Below are positions 1 to 14,798 of a stretch of 64,000 nucleotides of DNA, one piece after another. The translations under genes were made by a program, and so were the position numbers. The notes below the pieces were generated by a model. That model searched no databases. It saw only the letters and a list, made by a program, of their open reading frames with translations, and had not been told where the DNA came from. The stretch lies in the NCBI RefSeq assembly GCF_009914755.1, contig NC_060926.1. One strand, written 5' to 3'. Numbering within the stretch: position 1 is the first letter of the stretch; every line of letters begins with the position of its first letter. Source of the DNA: the human T2T-CHM13v2.0 reference genome, Homo sapiens.

Positions 1-1
1 T

Positions 2-314
<313 letters not shown>

Positions 315-479
315 CACCATTGCTTTTTCTCTTCCTAAAAAGCCTCACTAATAATTTGGTCAAAATCATGAAGAAGAGGATCTTATATTTTTTCAATGTG
401 CTGTCATGTTTAATCTTCCAAACTGTACAGTGCATGAAGGGTACTAATGAAAACACAGCAACACAACACAGGTACTAAT

Positions 480-700
480 AATAACAATCACAGCAGCTGT
501 AACTGAGCTTCTTCAGTGTGCTGAGTACTGTAGGTATCTTGGTATCTCTTCGAATTCTTACAGCAACTTCAGAGGTAGCTTTTCTTGTATTCATTTTGTG
601 CATGAGTAACTGAGGCTCCGAGAAGTTAGGGAGTATGCTGCTCTCTAATGAGTGGTAAAGTTGAGATTTGAACCCAGGGTCTTTTCCCACTACTCTTCCC
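480..700 (+). mobile_element. MIR-like SINE remnant
   Basis: AATAATAACAATC...GAGTAACTGAGGCTCCGAGAAGTTAGG...GATTTGAACCCAGG core-like motifs; boundaries approximate. Confidence 0.7.
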
Positions 701-3700
701 TACATTGCCATACCAATTATTGTTACATTTATAGCCAAAAGAAAGAAGAAAGTGAAATTAAGTGATTTCTCTCACAAGGTAGCCCATTGAGTCATTTCAA
801 CACCATAGCTAAAAAAATTAAATTCTCTAGGTTCTGTATCCCAACATTTTTAGCTATACCTGACTTGCCCCACAAGCTTTCCTCTATTTACTAGTGTTAG
901 TAAACCCATGTTTATATTTTCCATGGAAAATTCACACTTATTTTACCTTTATATCTGTTTATTTTTGATACCCAATAAATGTTATTTTTTTCTTATTGTT
1001 TATCTACCATTATGGAACTGTGTAGTGTATCCCAAAGCATAAATAAATAAAAAAAATTGTTGGAGTTACTTTTTACCCACTATTACTGAATATGTATGAT
1101 TTTTTTAAAATTCTGGATTGCCATAAGTTATATCTCATCTCACATGTCCCAAATAACAGTCTTCTTGTAGGAGAAGATGGTATCTACTCTCTAAGATAGT
1201 GGCACTGGAATTATATATCTATATTACCGGTCACACCCAGCCATGTGTCAGAGATATGAAAAACACGGACCTTTGCCACAAGGTTTTTAAAAATTAATTC
1301 CTTTACTGATCCAAAGATTTAAATATACACCTTCCTGCACTTGATGTGTACCCAAGACAGATATTTTAAAAATCCCAAGATTTAAATATACCATGTACCT
1401 CATTTGAGATCATGTATTTATTTGCCATCCTCATGCAATAAGGTGAAATTCAATTTTTTCCAATGCAGAAATTAAATGTGCTTGGACTTAATGCAAAAGA
1501 GAAGGAATATTTGAATTATAAATATATGTGAGAATATTTCCACTTTGGGACTATTACCTTTTAACAAAATGAATCTTGATTTATATAAAAATACCAAGAG
1601 ATGGAAAAAAAAAAAAAAAGGAAACCAAACCCTGACTCTTGTTTTTATTATAGGCTTTTTGGCTTAAAAGTATATTTTCTTTTCTAATTCTTCTCGTCAC
1701 AATTTGTTTTGGCCAAATACAGGCAAAACCAAATCTTAATAAAAATGGACCAAGATTTCATATTGCATAAATTTAACTTCTAGAGTTCAGTCACACGGAA
1801 CTAATTTAGTTATCTGATTCATTAATTGCACTACTTCATTCTCTCAATATATTAAATTTGTGTCTGTGGTTTGATATCACCTCTCAAATATGTGACTACT
1901 CCAAACATAGAGAGTTTTATTGACTATCAATCATTATTAAATTGACTTCGTTCTCTGTCACATTTATTCCTATTTTCCAGAATAAGTTAATATGTCTGAA
2001 AAATGTAAATCCAAATAAATGAGAAGCATTTCTGAAGTAGGTCTTAGTACTGTTTAAAGAATAGTGTCTGTGAATCTGTTTTATCACCCACCACCTCCTG
2101 TTAGAAGCTGTATATGATGGCATGTATATACTCACCTCGTTTTGAATTATCCCTTTTCGCTCTTTCACTAGAGGCAGTTTTGTGATCTTTCACTCTGCCT
2201 GAAGTTAGTAGCCTACTTTTCTCTAATCCCTTGATCATGTCAGCATTCTGTGGAGAGGTGTAGATTTCAGAGTTTGTTTAAATTCTGAAAATGTAATTGA
2301 TGGCAATGCTAATAACCATGGACATGTTTGAATAACAGTGTGTGATAGGCATAAACTTTAAACCTTACCTAATGTTCTGAAAATACTTCTATATTCAGTA
2401 AGGCATTTTCAGTTGGAAGCGTGTTTAAGATTTTCTTTCCCATACAAAACTAATGATGATATACAGACAGTATGGAAATTCCATGTTAATAGTCTCTTTA
2501 GAAATGTGGCAGGATACATTTGAGATTCAGAATGCAGTTCAGTTTCATGTTTTGATTTACGCATGCCAAATTATGAATTTCTGTGGAATCGCGGACCCAT
2601 GAAAGAAACCCAACTTAAATATAGTCTGGCTTTCAGCTTGAAGTTACTAGCAGCATAGTTTAGAAATGCCTCAATAAGTACAATCCAAATTGAATGCATA
2701 TGTTTCCCTAGTTCCAAATATTCATGTTGTTCTTTCTTAGCAGTTTCCTGGAAAAAAAAAAAGTCTAGGAATTCATCTTCAGTTCCCGTCATCAAACTTT
2801 TTAGACAATTATTTGTGTTAATCAGTGACTTTTTTGATGAAAAAACTTTGTGCACATTATTCCCTATGCAAAGTTGCAAAGCAGGTAGTTTTTAAAGGGC
2901 CACACTGAGGCATAGGATAAAATAAGAAGAGGGGTCTCAGGTAGCTATTAGGGCTTAATAAGATGGATATAGGTCCTGAGCTTGATCCCCAAGCCAGTGG
3001 AACTTCATGCCACCTTCTTCCTCAGATAGAGGTAATTCTTGGGCAGCAGGTTGGAAATAAAGAGTGGATCTGAGGACCAAAAGGAGGTCAAACTTCAAAA
3101 AGGATGGCCAATCTAAGATATTACCAATAGGTAGAGAACAAACATAGACAATGTCAGAGATTTTATCAAAGAAGTAAAGAATTTCACAGAGTAAAATCAT
3201 ATTGAGAAATACATAAGTAGAAAATGATTCATTGACCTTCCTTGAAATATCTAAAAACTAGTGACAGTAACAAGAATAGGAGAATTGTTAAGAAAGTATG
3301 AGTAATTCCTGTTGGGTTTCTTATTTTTATTCAGCGATGGACAGGCCAAATAATCTGAATTATGTTGCAGATGGAAGGCTAAAGAGTTCAAGATTAATAA
3401 AGGAAGACGTTTAAACCAATAATTGCCAGAATTTCTGTTGCACGGGAAGATCAACAAGTCAAAAAGAAGAGCTTCAGGAGATTCTGGCTGTAGGGAAAGG
3501 GATGACTTTATTGAGGACCACTGGGTCAGTGGCTAAGCGTGTTGTAGCAGCCAATAGGAAGAACATACATTCTGTACCTTTTCCCTGTCCTTATTAAGCT
3601 TTGCAGTATTCATGTGGGTTCCTGTACTGAAGACCTCTTTTGTAAGAGATAAAGGGAGGGCCTACGAGACTTGGGGAAGATAGGAAAACGACCTTAGTGG

Positions 3701-4317
3701 AGGTATGCCTCCTGAATGCTGCTGCTAAGGACATGGGATCATTTTTATGACCCCCAATTAACTAAAAGAACCTTCACCAGTCACCATTCAGTTAGCGGAG
3801 AAGGAAAATAACTGAGAAATTTTGTGGTGGACAAACATTCATAAGACCCTGCAATGTACCCAATAGGAGTCAGGAACTCAGAGCTTTTCAGCTGAGATCG
3901 TTTATCAAGGAGCCATCAGTGTAATGAGGGACACAGATGAGTAAACCAACAATTAGGCAGTTGCATGTATCAGAACCATTGTGAACAGGTGAAACTTTCT
4001 CTAGGCGCTTTATGTTGTCATCTTGGGCACTGTTAGCCAACATAATTAGAACTGGTTTGAAAGAGCCTTTTACTTATAGTAAACAGTCCATGTGTTATCA
4101 GTGTTTGGAAGTAGCCCTTGACCCTGGCCACGGGGAGCACAATTACACTGAGGACAAGCTGAGCATAAAGTCGACAACACAAGTGTATGGCATGATCTGT
4201 TCATGAGTCTTCTTAATAGTAGTTATTGCTTTTTGACGCTTCATTGTGTGGTAGGCACTGCCCTGAGCCCTCATTCGCTGATTTCATCATCGGAAACCAT
4301 GCAAATACGAATTTTCA

Positions 4318-4629
<312 letters not shown>

Positions 4630-4957
4630 CAGGCCTTCTTTTACTTGTATTTTATTTCTATTACCCATTTCCAATGAGTTATAGATTGGAGTCTATTTCA
4701 TTTATATATTCAGCAGACATTTGTGAAGTGCCATTTATGAGCCAAATACTATAAATAAGACATGTCTAGCCTTGCCCTTAAGAAGCCCACATCCTAGGGA
4801 TGGATAGGCAGGAATGTAACAAGGTACTACAGACTATAACAGCTGTGTGCATGGCAATGGGAGAGGGCAAAGAAGGACAGCATTCTCACCAATGAAGAGC
4901 ATCTCTCAGAGTTGTGGAGTATTCCTCAAGCCCCATATGTCTAAAATAAGGGTAGCT

Positions 4958-5034
4958 TTGGGTTGAACCTATGAAATTGCTTTTTTTGCAGGTCAAAAAT
5001 GATTGTACATTGGCTATTTCCTAACTCAACCTAA
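4958..5034. mobile_element. MADE2-like mariner MITE (~80 bp)
   Basis: TTGGGTTGAACCTATGAAATTGC...CAGGTCAAAAATG...TTTCCTAACTCAACCTAA; imperfect terminal inverted repeats. Confidence 0.75.
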
Positions 5035-5213
5035 ATAGTTTCTCTCTCATAACTCAGCTTGTCCTGTGGTTGATTTATGGACAAATGGTATAGTTGTTCC
5101 ACTAAATAAATGTCCAGCCATGTCATAATAGATTTATTTACCATCTGTTTGATAGTATATGGGAATGAAACCGATTTTTTTTCAAGTTTTTAAGACTCTA
5201 TTTTAAATTACAG

Positions 5214-5339
5214 ATATTAATGAATGTGAACATCCAGGGCTCTGTGGTCCACAAGGGGAGTGCCTAAACACAGAGGGTTCTTTCCATTGTGTCTGCCAGC
5301 AGGGTTTCTCAATCTCTGCAGATGGCCGTACGTGTGAAG
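5214..5339 (+). CDS. LTBP1: LTBP1 exon, 126 nt, calcium-binding EGF domain (D)[41 protein letters not shown]
   Basis: ttacag|ATATTAATGAATGT ... TGTGAAG|gtaaga. Six Cys, D-I-N-E-C start and C-x-N-x4-F-x-C consensus; phase 1-1. Missed by the ORF track. Confidence 0.96.
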
Positions 5340-5732
5340 GTAAGATAAACCATACGAAATCATATTGTTGTGTGATAAAAGAGAGAGGAGATTGCTTTCA
5401 CTTATACAAAGACTTGAAGACACTAAGAGGTACTGCATAATTCAGAGCCTCAAAGCATGTATGCATCAAAGTAAACCATATCTGAAAGCATAGCTCAGGG
5501 GTTGCTGGGATTTACGAAGAGGATAACCTAAGGTTATGATGATAAAAACACTCACAGATGGCTCCACGACTGGTACTGAATTAATGAGTGGAAATGTGCA
5601 AGGACTGATAGGAGACATGTAGGAGACCTAAAGGAAAACTGTGGCAACTTCCCTTTCCCCTGGGACTCTGCTTCTTTTGATTGTGCTTCATGTAGATCGT
5701 CTTGATCATTCTGTGTGTAAAAAATGTCTTGC

Positions 5733-6077
<345 letters not shown>

Positions 6078-8058
6078 CTAATATCCTTATTTCCAAGGCA
6101 GTATATTTACTTACCTACCAGTATTTATTATCTCCTAAAAGCTAATTAAGTTGTAAGATGTTAAGATAATGCTCTTGGCTTCCTACTTACAACCTCTGTA
6201 TGTTTGCAAGAATACAGCACTGGTTATTTTCATAAGATTTGTGTTCTTGATGACCTATTATAGCTTGCTAAATGGAGGAATAATTTACCTGAACCATTTT
6301 AAAAGTAAACTGAAAAGATTCCCATAATCATAATTTCAGTTGATCTCTTTTGAGAATCTAGATTATTGAAACTCAGCTATATTTTAAAGAAGTAAATTGC
6401 AAAAGTTTTGTTCTGGGTCTAACATAGTGCCCAGATTCTTTGCTCTAAAAAATAGTGCAACAGGAAGTATCTGCTCTCCTTGCTAGTACCAGAATGGAAC
6501 CAAGCCGTGTGCCAGCAACCAGGTTCATCTGAAACTAATTATTATATTGGGAGGAATAAACTGATCTTGTAAAGAGCAGAAGATTGTTGAAATTACTCTC
6601 CTGCTGAGCAGACAAAACATGGATGCCAGATTTGACTAGAACTGGGAGAGAGAGAGTTCAGGGTGGATTGAGCAAACAGATTGAGGGGTTTGGAAGGGAT
6701 AGGAAGTTGGGAAATGGAAGAAAGCATCATAGTAATGTGGGTGATGAGAGATTTAGAAGAAATCCCTGCTTCAGTGGTTCAAGTTTTATGTAAATTTTAT
6801 ATTTGGGGCTTTGAGAACAGAGCTTTTAGCAAAGACACTCCATGAATGCATACATTCTTCTGCAGAGATTACAGTATTCCTCAGCTTGAGGGATAGGGTG
6901 CAAGCCCATCCGAGTCACTGAGGAAACAGATTTGCAGAATTCCTAAGCTCTAGAAGGATGCAGGTTTGCTTCTTTGCTTAGCTCTAAATCATGGATGGTA
7001 AAGGCTTGCTTCCTAAGAAATGGTCTGTGGTATAACTACTGATGGTTGTGCCATGCAAAATTATATTCAGAAAAAAAAATAAGTGACCTCAAGTGCTCAC
7101 TAGTCAAAGCTGTTGTTCCAAAAGAATATACTAAACATAAATATATTCACAATTATTTTGTCTTTTGCACTTACTAATGATTTAATTCTGTACTTTTTTA
7201 ACACAGATTTCTGCAACTTGAGAGTTGCATAATCACTGTAATTTAGTTGCAGCTCTAATTTTGTTGGTCATTTACTTGGCAAAGACTTGAATTTAAAAAT
7301 GTGGTTTTAGGAAACTTGTAATGCTTTATAAATTACTGTACTCATTGAGTATACTCTTTGTGACACCTGGTCTGTACTGCCTTGACTCCAGAACCTGGAC
7401 AATTTTATAAGTAATGAAATACAAGTTAGAATATTATGTTGGTATTATACATGGTAGTATAACTAGAACTCTCCGTAATTATTATGCATGTTATTCTCTT
7501 TCTGGAGTAAGTTCTGCATGAATTTTATTTTTTATGGGCTTAATCCAATATTCTAAATTGGTCCAAATTTCCCTTTGTTAGACTCAGTCTGACACTTATG
7601 GCAGTAGTGCTATGTCCTGATTTCTACCTCTGGCTGTGCTGCAGGACAAAGCCAGCTCATGTGATCAGTATTCAGCAGTGAGGCTGATGTGTGATTGAAA
7701 TTTAGCAATGGAGCAGTTGTACATAGTACTTGAATTAACACTGAGAAGTGGCTGGCATTCTTATCTCATGTCCATTTACTGATTTTCTTCTGAGCTTCTG
7801 TTTGAGGAGCTGAAGCCTCGTTGACACCAGGGCTGACCTGCCCGGCTCTAAGCAGGGCTAAATAACTCCCACATAGCTGAAGGAAGGAGGGCCCTTCCCT
7901 GATTTCCCGTGACTTGGAGAAGTGTCAGCATCTGGTCGTAGTTAATGAACCACAATGAAGAGGCAAACTCTGTCAACATGAATTGTCTTAAGTGTAGCAT
8001 GGCAGCTTCTATAGCAATAAAAATGGCACCACTGGCTCCTTCCTTTCTCTTACATGTA

Positions 8059-8306
8059 TAGATTGAGTATTCCTCATCTGTAAATCCAAAATCTAAAGCA
8101 CTCCACATTCTAAAACTTTATGAGTGCAGATGTGATGCTCAAAGGAAATGCTCATTGAGCATTGCAGATTTTAGATTTTTGGATTAGGGATGCTCAACAG
8201 GTAAGAATAATGTACACATTCCAAAATTACCACCACCCCCCAAAAAAAATCCCAAATCTGAAATACTTCTAGCCCTAAGCATTTTGGGTAAGGGATACTC
8301 AACCTG
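8059..8306 (-). mobile_element. Tigger4/MER46-type DNA transposon deletion derivative
   Basis: TIRs TAGATTGAGTATTCCT ... AGGGATACTCAACCTG, flanked by TA on both sides. Confidence 0.85.
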
Positions 8307-8995
8307 TATATGGTACTCTGGGATAGATAGCTGGGAGAGGAAGGAGAAACACCGTGGTTCTCCCATGTAAGGTAAAGAATGGTGTAATTCACAGTTCAAG
8401 TGAAGTGGGAAGTAGGTGGTGGGTGGGCAGCTATTTGTCATTTATTCACTCACGTAACCGGTATTTACTGAGTTCCTATCTGGTTCCAGGCCTTGTTCCA
8501 AGGGTAAAACATACAATTCTTGCCTCCATGAAGCCGACATTCCACTAGGGGAATTGGGGATAAAGAAGCCAATGGTATGTGTAGGATACATTAAGTGTTT
8601 ATAACACAGCATAGTTACCCTTTCTGGATATAAATAAGTGCAGAGTGTAACGTGTCATATATAATATAATACACAGGATATTTTTTTCAAATCCCAGACT
8701 TAGATGTCAGGAAATTGCAGGGGAACAGGACTCTTCTGATTGACTTCTGCTACACTTCCCTTTCCTCTCTCAGTTATAGTTCATCTCCTCCTGCCACCTT
8801 CCTTTCACGCTATAGCCAGAGCTTTTATCTTGTGTATTAAAACAAAGGAAACTTTTTCTTTCACTCAACTCGTTGTTTTATGGTCCATTTGATCATATCC
8901 ATTTGTTTAGCAAAAAATCATAATTCTTTTGCCTTTTTATTTCTGCCCTTTTTTATTGTGGAATTTTAATTCACATGAAAAATACTCATCATCAA

Positions 8996-9510
<515 letters not shown>

Positions 9511-10181
9511 TCCTTATCATTGCATTCATAAGCTGATTTGAGATTCGGTCTCTTCATCATCAGTAGAATGTGTGTGGGAGAAAATTAGGGAAACTTAATG
9601 GTAATCAGATTCCTAGGGGTCACCACGTCTGTCCCCATGGCCCATGGGGAAAAACCTCCTGATCTCTGACTTTGTGTCACCTCTTTTCCATGCCTCCTTC
9701 CTTGCTGCACTTGGCCAGGAACAACTGCGCTCTCCCAGTCGTGTGCCCAGGCTGAGCAAGGGCTTGTGTGACTGCCGTGGAGTCCGGCACACCCCCCATC
9801 TCTAGGCTCCCTGTGCACTCTATCCTGTTCACATGATACAGCGGCCATGTTCATCTAGCAGGGACCCCAAGGAGCCCAGCCACACAGAGGGAGCACCAGC
9901 AGCTTATAGGACCTGGCACTTTTCCCTCTGGTGTTGGCCAGGCTTGGTTAGTCATGGCTAATTAGGCCTCCAAACCATGGCCAAAATCACTCCCTGAAGT
10001 ATTGTCTTTTAGAAAGCATCCTCATTCATTCCTTCGTTTGACAGGTATTTATTAAGTGTCTACCTGTGTGCCATCCACTGTTCTAGGTACTGGGGCCTTG
10101 TCAGTGAAGAACAGCAAAAGATCCCCACTTACTTAGAGGCAATAACTAATAGATAACTAAGATGTTAGAAAGTGTGATAAA

Positions 10182-10475
10182 GGCTGGGCATGGTAGCTCA
10201 CACCTGTGATCCCAAGCACTTTGGGAGGCTGAGGCGGGTGGATCACTTGAGGTCAGGAGTTCGAGGCCAGCTTGGCCAACATGGTGAAACCCTGTCTCTA
10301 CTAAAAATACAAAAATTAGCTGGTTGTGGCCGTGCACGCCTGTAATTCCAGCTACTCAGGAAGCTGATGCACGTGAATTGCTTGAACATGGGAACTGGAA
10401 GTTGCAGTGAGCCAAGGTCACACCACTGCACTCCACCCTGGTGACAGAGCAAGACTGCCTCAAAAAGAAAAAAAA
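10182..10475 (+). mobile_element. Alu (AluS-like)
   Basis: Full dimer; TSD AAAGYGTGATAAA. Confidence 0.95.
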
Positions 10476-10811
10476 GCGTGATAAACTCTGTGAAAAAAAA
10501 AAAAAAAGAAAAGGTAGAGCACAATATGGGGGACCTGAAGGGTAGAGAAAGAAGTGGAAAGCTGCTTTGATGCTAACTGGGGTGGTCAGAATCGGCTTTT
10601 CTGCTTCTGTAAGTGAAAGAAATACTGAAATTTTCTGAGTGAAGAAATGAAGCCATATGAAGTGCCTGTCATGTTCAAACTGGTCTTCTACTGGCGAAGT
10701 GATAAAAGCCCATCAATAAATAGGTAAGGGAGCATGAGATGGCAGCCGAGGACTTTCTTGCAGCTGTCAACATGAATTCTATTGTCCAGACAAGAATAGA
10801 AAATCAGATAA

Positions 10812-11019
10812 AGTACAACGCCAAGAGTTGTAAACACTTGATGTAAACTATGGACTTTGGATGATAATGATGTAAGAGTTCATCAGTCATAACAACTGTA
10901 TGTACCAGTCTGGTGCAGGAGACTGGCAGTGGTAGATGCTGGGGGCTGGTGTGAGGAAGACAGGATATAAATGAAAACTCTCTGTGTAATCTTATTGGGA
11001 ACCTAAAACTGCTCTTAAA
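10812..11019 (+). mobile_element. L1MC-type 3' end fragment
   Basis: GTAAACTATGGACTTTGGATGATAATGATG ... GAACCTAAAACTGCTCTTAAA. Confidence 0.8.
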
Positions 11020-13131
11020 GTCTTTTTGAAAACTCAGACATATTTTTGGCATTACCTTTTTTTTATTGGAAAGGAAAAATGAAAACCTTTCATTTTATTA
11101 ATAATTCTATATTCCACTCCTGTATTTTCTTCTCTTGGATGATGATGGTGATATTATTTCTCACTTTTCAAAATAATACCCTGGACTGAGTATGGGATCA
11201 GCAGCTTCTCCTCCTAGTTTTCAAAAATGATTCTACTATTTGATTGAAAAATTGAGCACTGCAAGACTGGAAGAGGGCTTCTTGTCACATCTAGCCTGAA
11301 CTCTGACTCCCACAGTATACCCAAAGTATTCAGGAATCAAGTCCTATTGCTAAACATCTATAGAGACTCTAACCCCATAACCTTCTTAGGTATTTACTAT
11401 AAATCACTCCTTGCTTACACATTCATCTGAAATGGAAACCGGTAAAAATTGCCAGTGCGTTGACGTGTACTGAAAGTAGTGATATCACAACCGAGAGAAG
11501 GTGGATTCAAACTCTCAGGCTAATTTTGTATTCATTGGGAACCAGAAAACACAAGAAAGACAACATTGCCAAATCAAAAAAGTAACAAATTGGGAGCAGA
11601 CGTGGGGTTTGTTTTCACACTTCTAGGTACATTTTCTGTGAACGGGGGAGAATGAAAGCATAAAGCCGTGGACAGTGCCCCAAGGCAGTTGGTGGTTTTG
11701 TGGCATGGATATAGAACTTTATATCTGTCACCAAATAGAAAATGCTTTTGAAAATGACTCAGCCAAGTGGGATGCTGAAGAACTCTGATGCAGTAATGTG
11801 TTACATGTGGTGTGCTTAGCCCAAGATTTTCAGGTTTTTAAGAGTTTTCGGGTCTGAAACTGAAAACTGTACTAAGAGATGATGATTTTAGTATTTCTTA
11901 GTAGAGAGAATTTTAACAACAGAATCCACTCTCTTCCATGTGTAAAAAGAAAAAGGATCATACAACATTCTAGGTAAAGAAAGAAAGTGGCTTCCAGCTA
12001 TAAAAGCTACTGTTCACACTCACTCTTCCTGTGAATGTACTTCTGCAGAAGTGAGTGAAAATGAATGTTTAAATCATTAGGGAGAAAGCTGAGGAAATTT
12101 TTCTGGAATGAGTTGCTTTTGGACTTGAAATGCAGATTTTCCATGCATTGCTTGATTGTCTTCCATATATCAACATTTGTATAAAGAAATTCATAATAGT
12201 AGCAAAAAATTTGAGATCTCTTCCTAAGCCTTTTTTTTTTTTATCACTGCTGACCTTTTCAAACCCCAGAGCTATGGAAATCATCTGTTCATAGAAGGAG
12301 AAGTAAACACTTGCCTTGCAGCCAAAAAATAGGCAGAAGACTGCCAGAAAGTGAAGTCTGTGACTAGGCTAGCTGACCTTGCATACCGTATGCTGACATC
12401 CACTCATGCTCTGGTGCTGGGCGTCCTACATCTGACTCCTTTGATGTCAACAACCCGAGTCCTTTTTAGATCATGGAAGGTTATTGTAAGCAGTGTTTTT
12501 GTACTTGAGACCTAAACTGTAATGCTTCATACACATATTCCAGAAACAGTTACTTTTTAGACATGTGATAGAATATTAAGCAACTATCTTGGTCTCCCAC
12601 TATGAGTGGACTGGAGATACATTATATATCTGATTGCATGATTTTATTAAAACAGTAGCAAGAATAATGTATAATAGCATTCACTGAGTTCTTATTACAA
12701 GCCAGGCACTATGCTAAGTGCATTGCACCTGTCTTCTCATTTAATCTTCACAATAAATCTGTAAGTAGGTTAAGTATTAATTGGTTTAATTTTGGCTGCA
12801 ACAAACAGCTTAGAATGAGGGCATTTATTATACGAATGAGAAGTATAGTACAAGATTGTTACCTCTTGCCTCCTGTAGGTCCGTATTTAAATGCTGTTTC
12901 CTTAGTGAACCGGTTTCTGACCGTTCTTTCTCACATTCACTCACCGTGTAATGAATGAATTAATTCACTTCCTGTTCTTTTTTCCTTTTGCTTTTTTTAT
13001 TTCTTTACCACCTTATTCTACTTCTTTACCTTGTTTATTGTTCTTTGTCACACTCCATTGCTAGACTTTAAGGCCAGTGAGATCGGGATTGTTTTCTGTA
13101 TTTTTTACAGCTCTGTATGCCATTGGGAATA

Positions 13132-13786
13132 CAGATGCTACTCAATTTATGATAGGGTTATGTCCTCATAAATGGAAAGTCAAAAATGCATCAAATACAC
13201 CTAACCTACCGAACATTATAGCTTAGCCTAGCCTGCTTCTAGCACATTCTAAACGTGCTCAGAACACTTACACTAGCCTATAGTTAGGCAAAACCATCTA
13301 GTACAAAAAAAACCCGATTTTATAATAAAGTGTTGAATATCTCATGTAATTTATTGTACTGAAAGTGAACAGAATGGTTGTATGGGAACTCGAAGTACAG
13401 TTTCTACTGAATGCATATTGCTCCTGTACCTTCATAAAGTAAAAAAATCGACTAGGCGCGGTAGCTCACACCTGTAATCCCAGCACTTTGGGAGGCCGAA
13501 ACAGGCAGATCACCTGAAGTCAGGAGTTCGAGACCAGCATGGCCAACATGATGAAACCCCATCTCTACTAAAAATGCAAAAAATTACCCAGATGTGGTGG
13601 CACACACCTATAGTCCAGCTACTTGCGAGGCTGAGGAAGGAGAATCGCATGAGCCTGGGAGGCGAGTGAGCTGAGATCACACCATTGCATTTCAGCCTGG
13701 GTGACAGAGCAAGACTCCGTCTCAAAACAAACAAACAAACAAACAAAAAATCATAAGTGGAACTATCCTAATTTGGAGACCATCTG
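13132..13786 (+). mobile_element. MER47A-like Tigger-family DNA transposon, interrupted by an Alu
   Basis: TA|CAGATGCTACTCAATTTATGATAGGG ... TTTGGAGACCATCTG|TA; internal CCTAACCTACCGAACATTATAGCTTAGCCTAGCC. Confidence 0.85.
13450..13750 (+). mobile_element. Alu (AluS-like) with (AAAC)n tail inside the MER47A-like element
   Basis: Dimeric Alu; AAAAAATC flanks. Confidence 0.94.
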
Positions 13787-13974
13787 TAATTAGTTGGGGC
13801 ACAATACGCATTTGGCAAATGAATCAAGGGAGGAAGGGACAGTCTGTAGCTCATCCTGGAGTACTAGGAAACATTCTTAATAAGATTACTCCAAACTGAA
13901 TGTGATGTACACTTCTGTGAAGCCTTCCCTATTTTTTGAAGACTTAATTCTCTAATGCACACCCTGCATAACTA

Positions 13975-14205
13975 CTGGGTGTAGTAGTGGCTAAGAAGTT
14001 ATGCTGGTGAGTTTGGCTACATGGGCTTGAACTCTTGTTCCAGCACTTCTAAGCTGTGTGAACTTGGTGAGTGCTTCAGTTCCCTCTCTGTATAGTAAGA
14101 ATAATAATAGCACCTACATGGAGTTGATGTGTGTTGGCAAGTATCCGCCGAGAATGGAGTAGCCCATAGAACATACTCAATGAATGTGAGCTATTGTTAC
14201 TATTT
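13975..14205 (+). mobile_element. MIR
   Basis: GTGTAGTAGTGGCTAAGA...CTGTGTGAACTTGG...CTTCAGTTCCCTCTCTGTA...ATAATAATAGCACCTAC...CTCAATGAATGTGAGCTATT. Confidence 0.8.
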
Positions 14206-14234
14206 TAGCATTTCTTATACTGGTACCTTAGTTA

Positions 14235-14613
14235 CAGCAGTCCTTCCTTATCTGCAGTTTTACTTCATGTGGTTTTAGTTACCATGGTCAACCACAGCCT
14301 ACAAATATTATAGTATTTTGAGAGAGACTACAATCACATAACTTTTGTTACAGTATATTGTTATAATTGTTATAACAATTGTTATAATTGTTATAATTTT
14401 AATTATAATATAATCACAGTATATTATTACTATTAATTCTTACTGTGCCTAATTTATAAATTAAACTTTATCATAGGTATGTATGTATGTATGTATGTAT
14501 GTATATATATGGAAAAAAACACAGTATATATATATGGTTCAGTACTATTTGTGGTTCCAGGCACCCACGGGGGATTTTGGAACACATCCTCCACCAATGA
14601 AAAGGAATGATTG
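14235..14613 (+). mobile_element. MER44/Tigger7-type DNA transposon
   Basis: TA|CAGCAGTCCTTCCTTATCTGCAG ... CAGGCACCCACGGGGGATTTTGGAACAC; contains (TATG)n. Confidence 0.85.
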
Positions 14614-14798
14614 CATTGTCATTGGTTTCCTTATTATGTGAGCATCTAAAAGGAGGGAAACATTTAACAACTATTTTATTTTTATATTGTCAATGCTTAC
14701 AACATATATAACATGCAGATTAAATACATACTTGTGAATGAAATTGTATGGTATTTCCAAGTTCATGTCCTGATATTGATGAATTACTGTATTCTATC

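Noticed and set aside
1311-1391. Short direct repeats (AAGATTTAAATATAC x2 here; also 21909-21942, 41282-41306, 54617-54636)
   Set aside because: Two-copy slippage duplications of 10-15 bp; no spacer array, not CRISPR-like, no functional indication.
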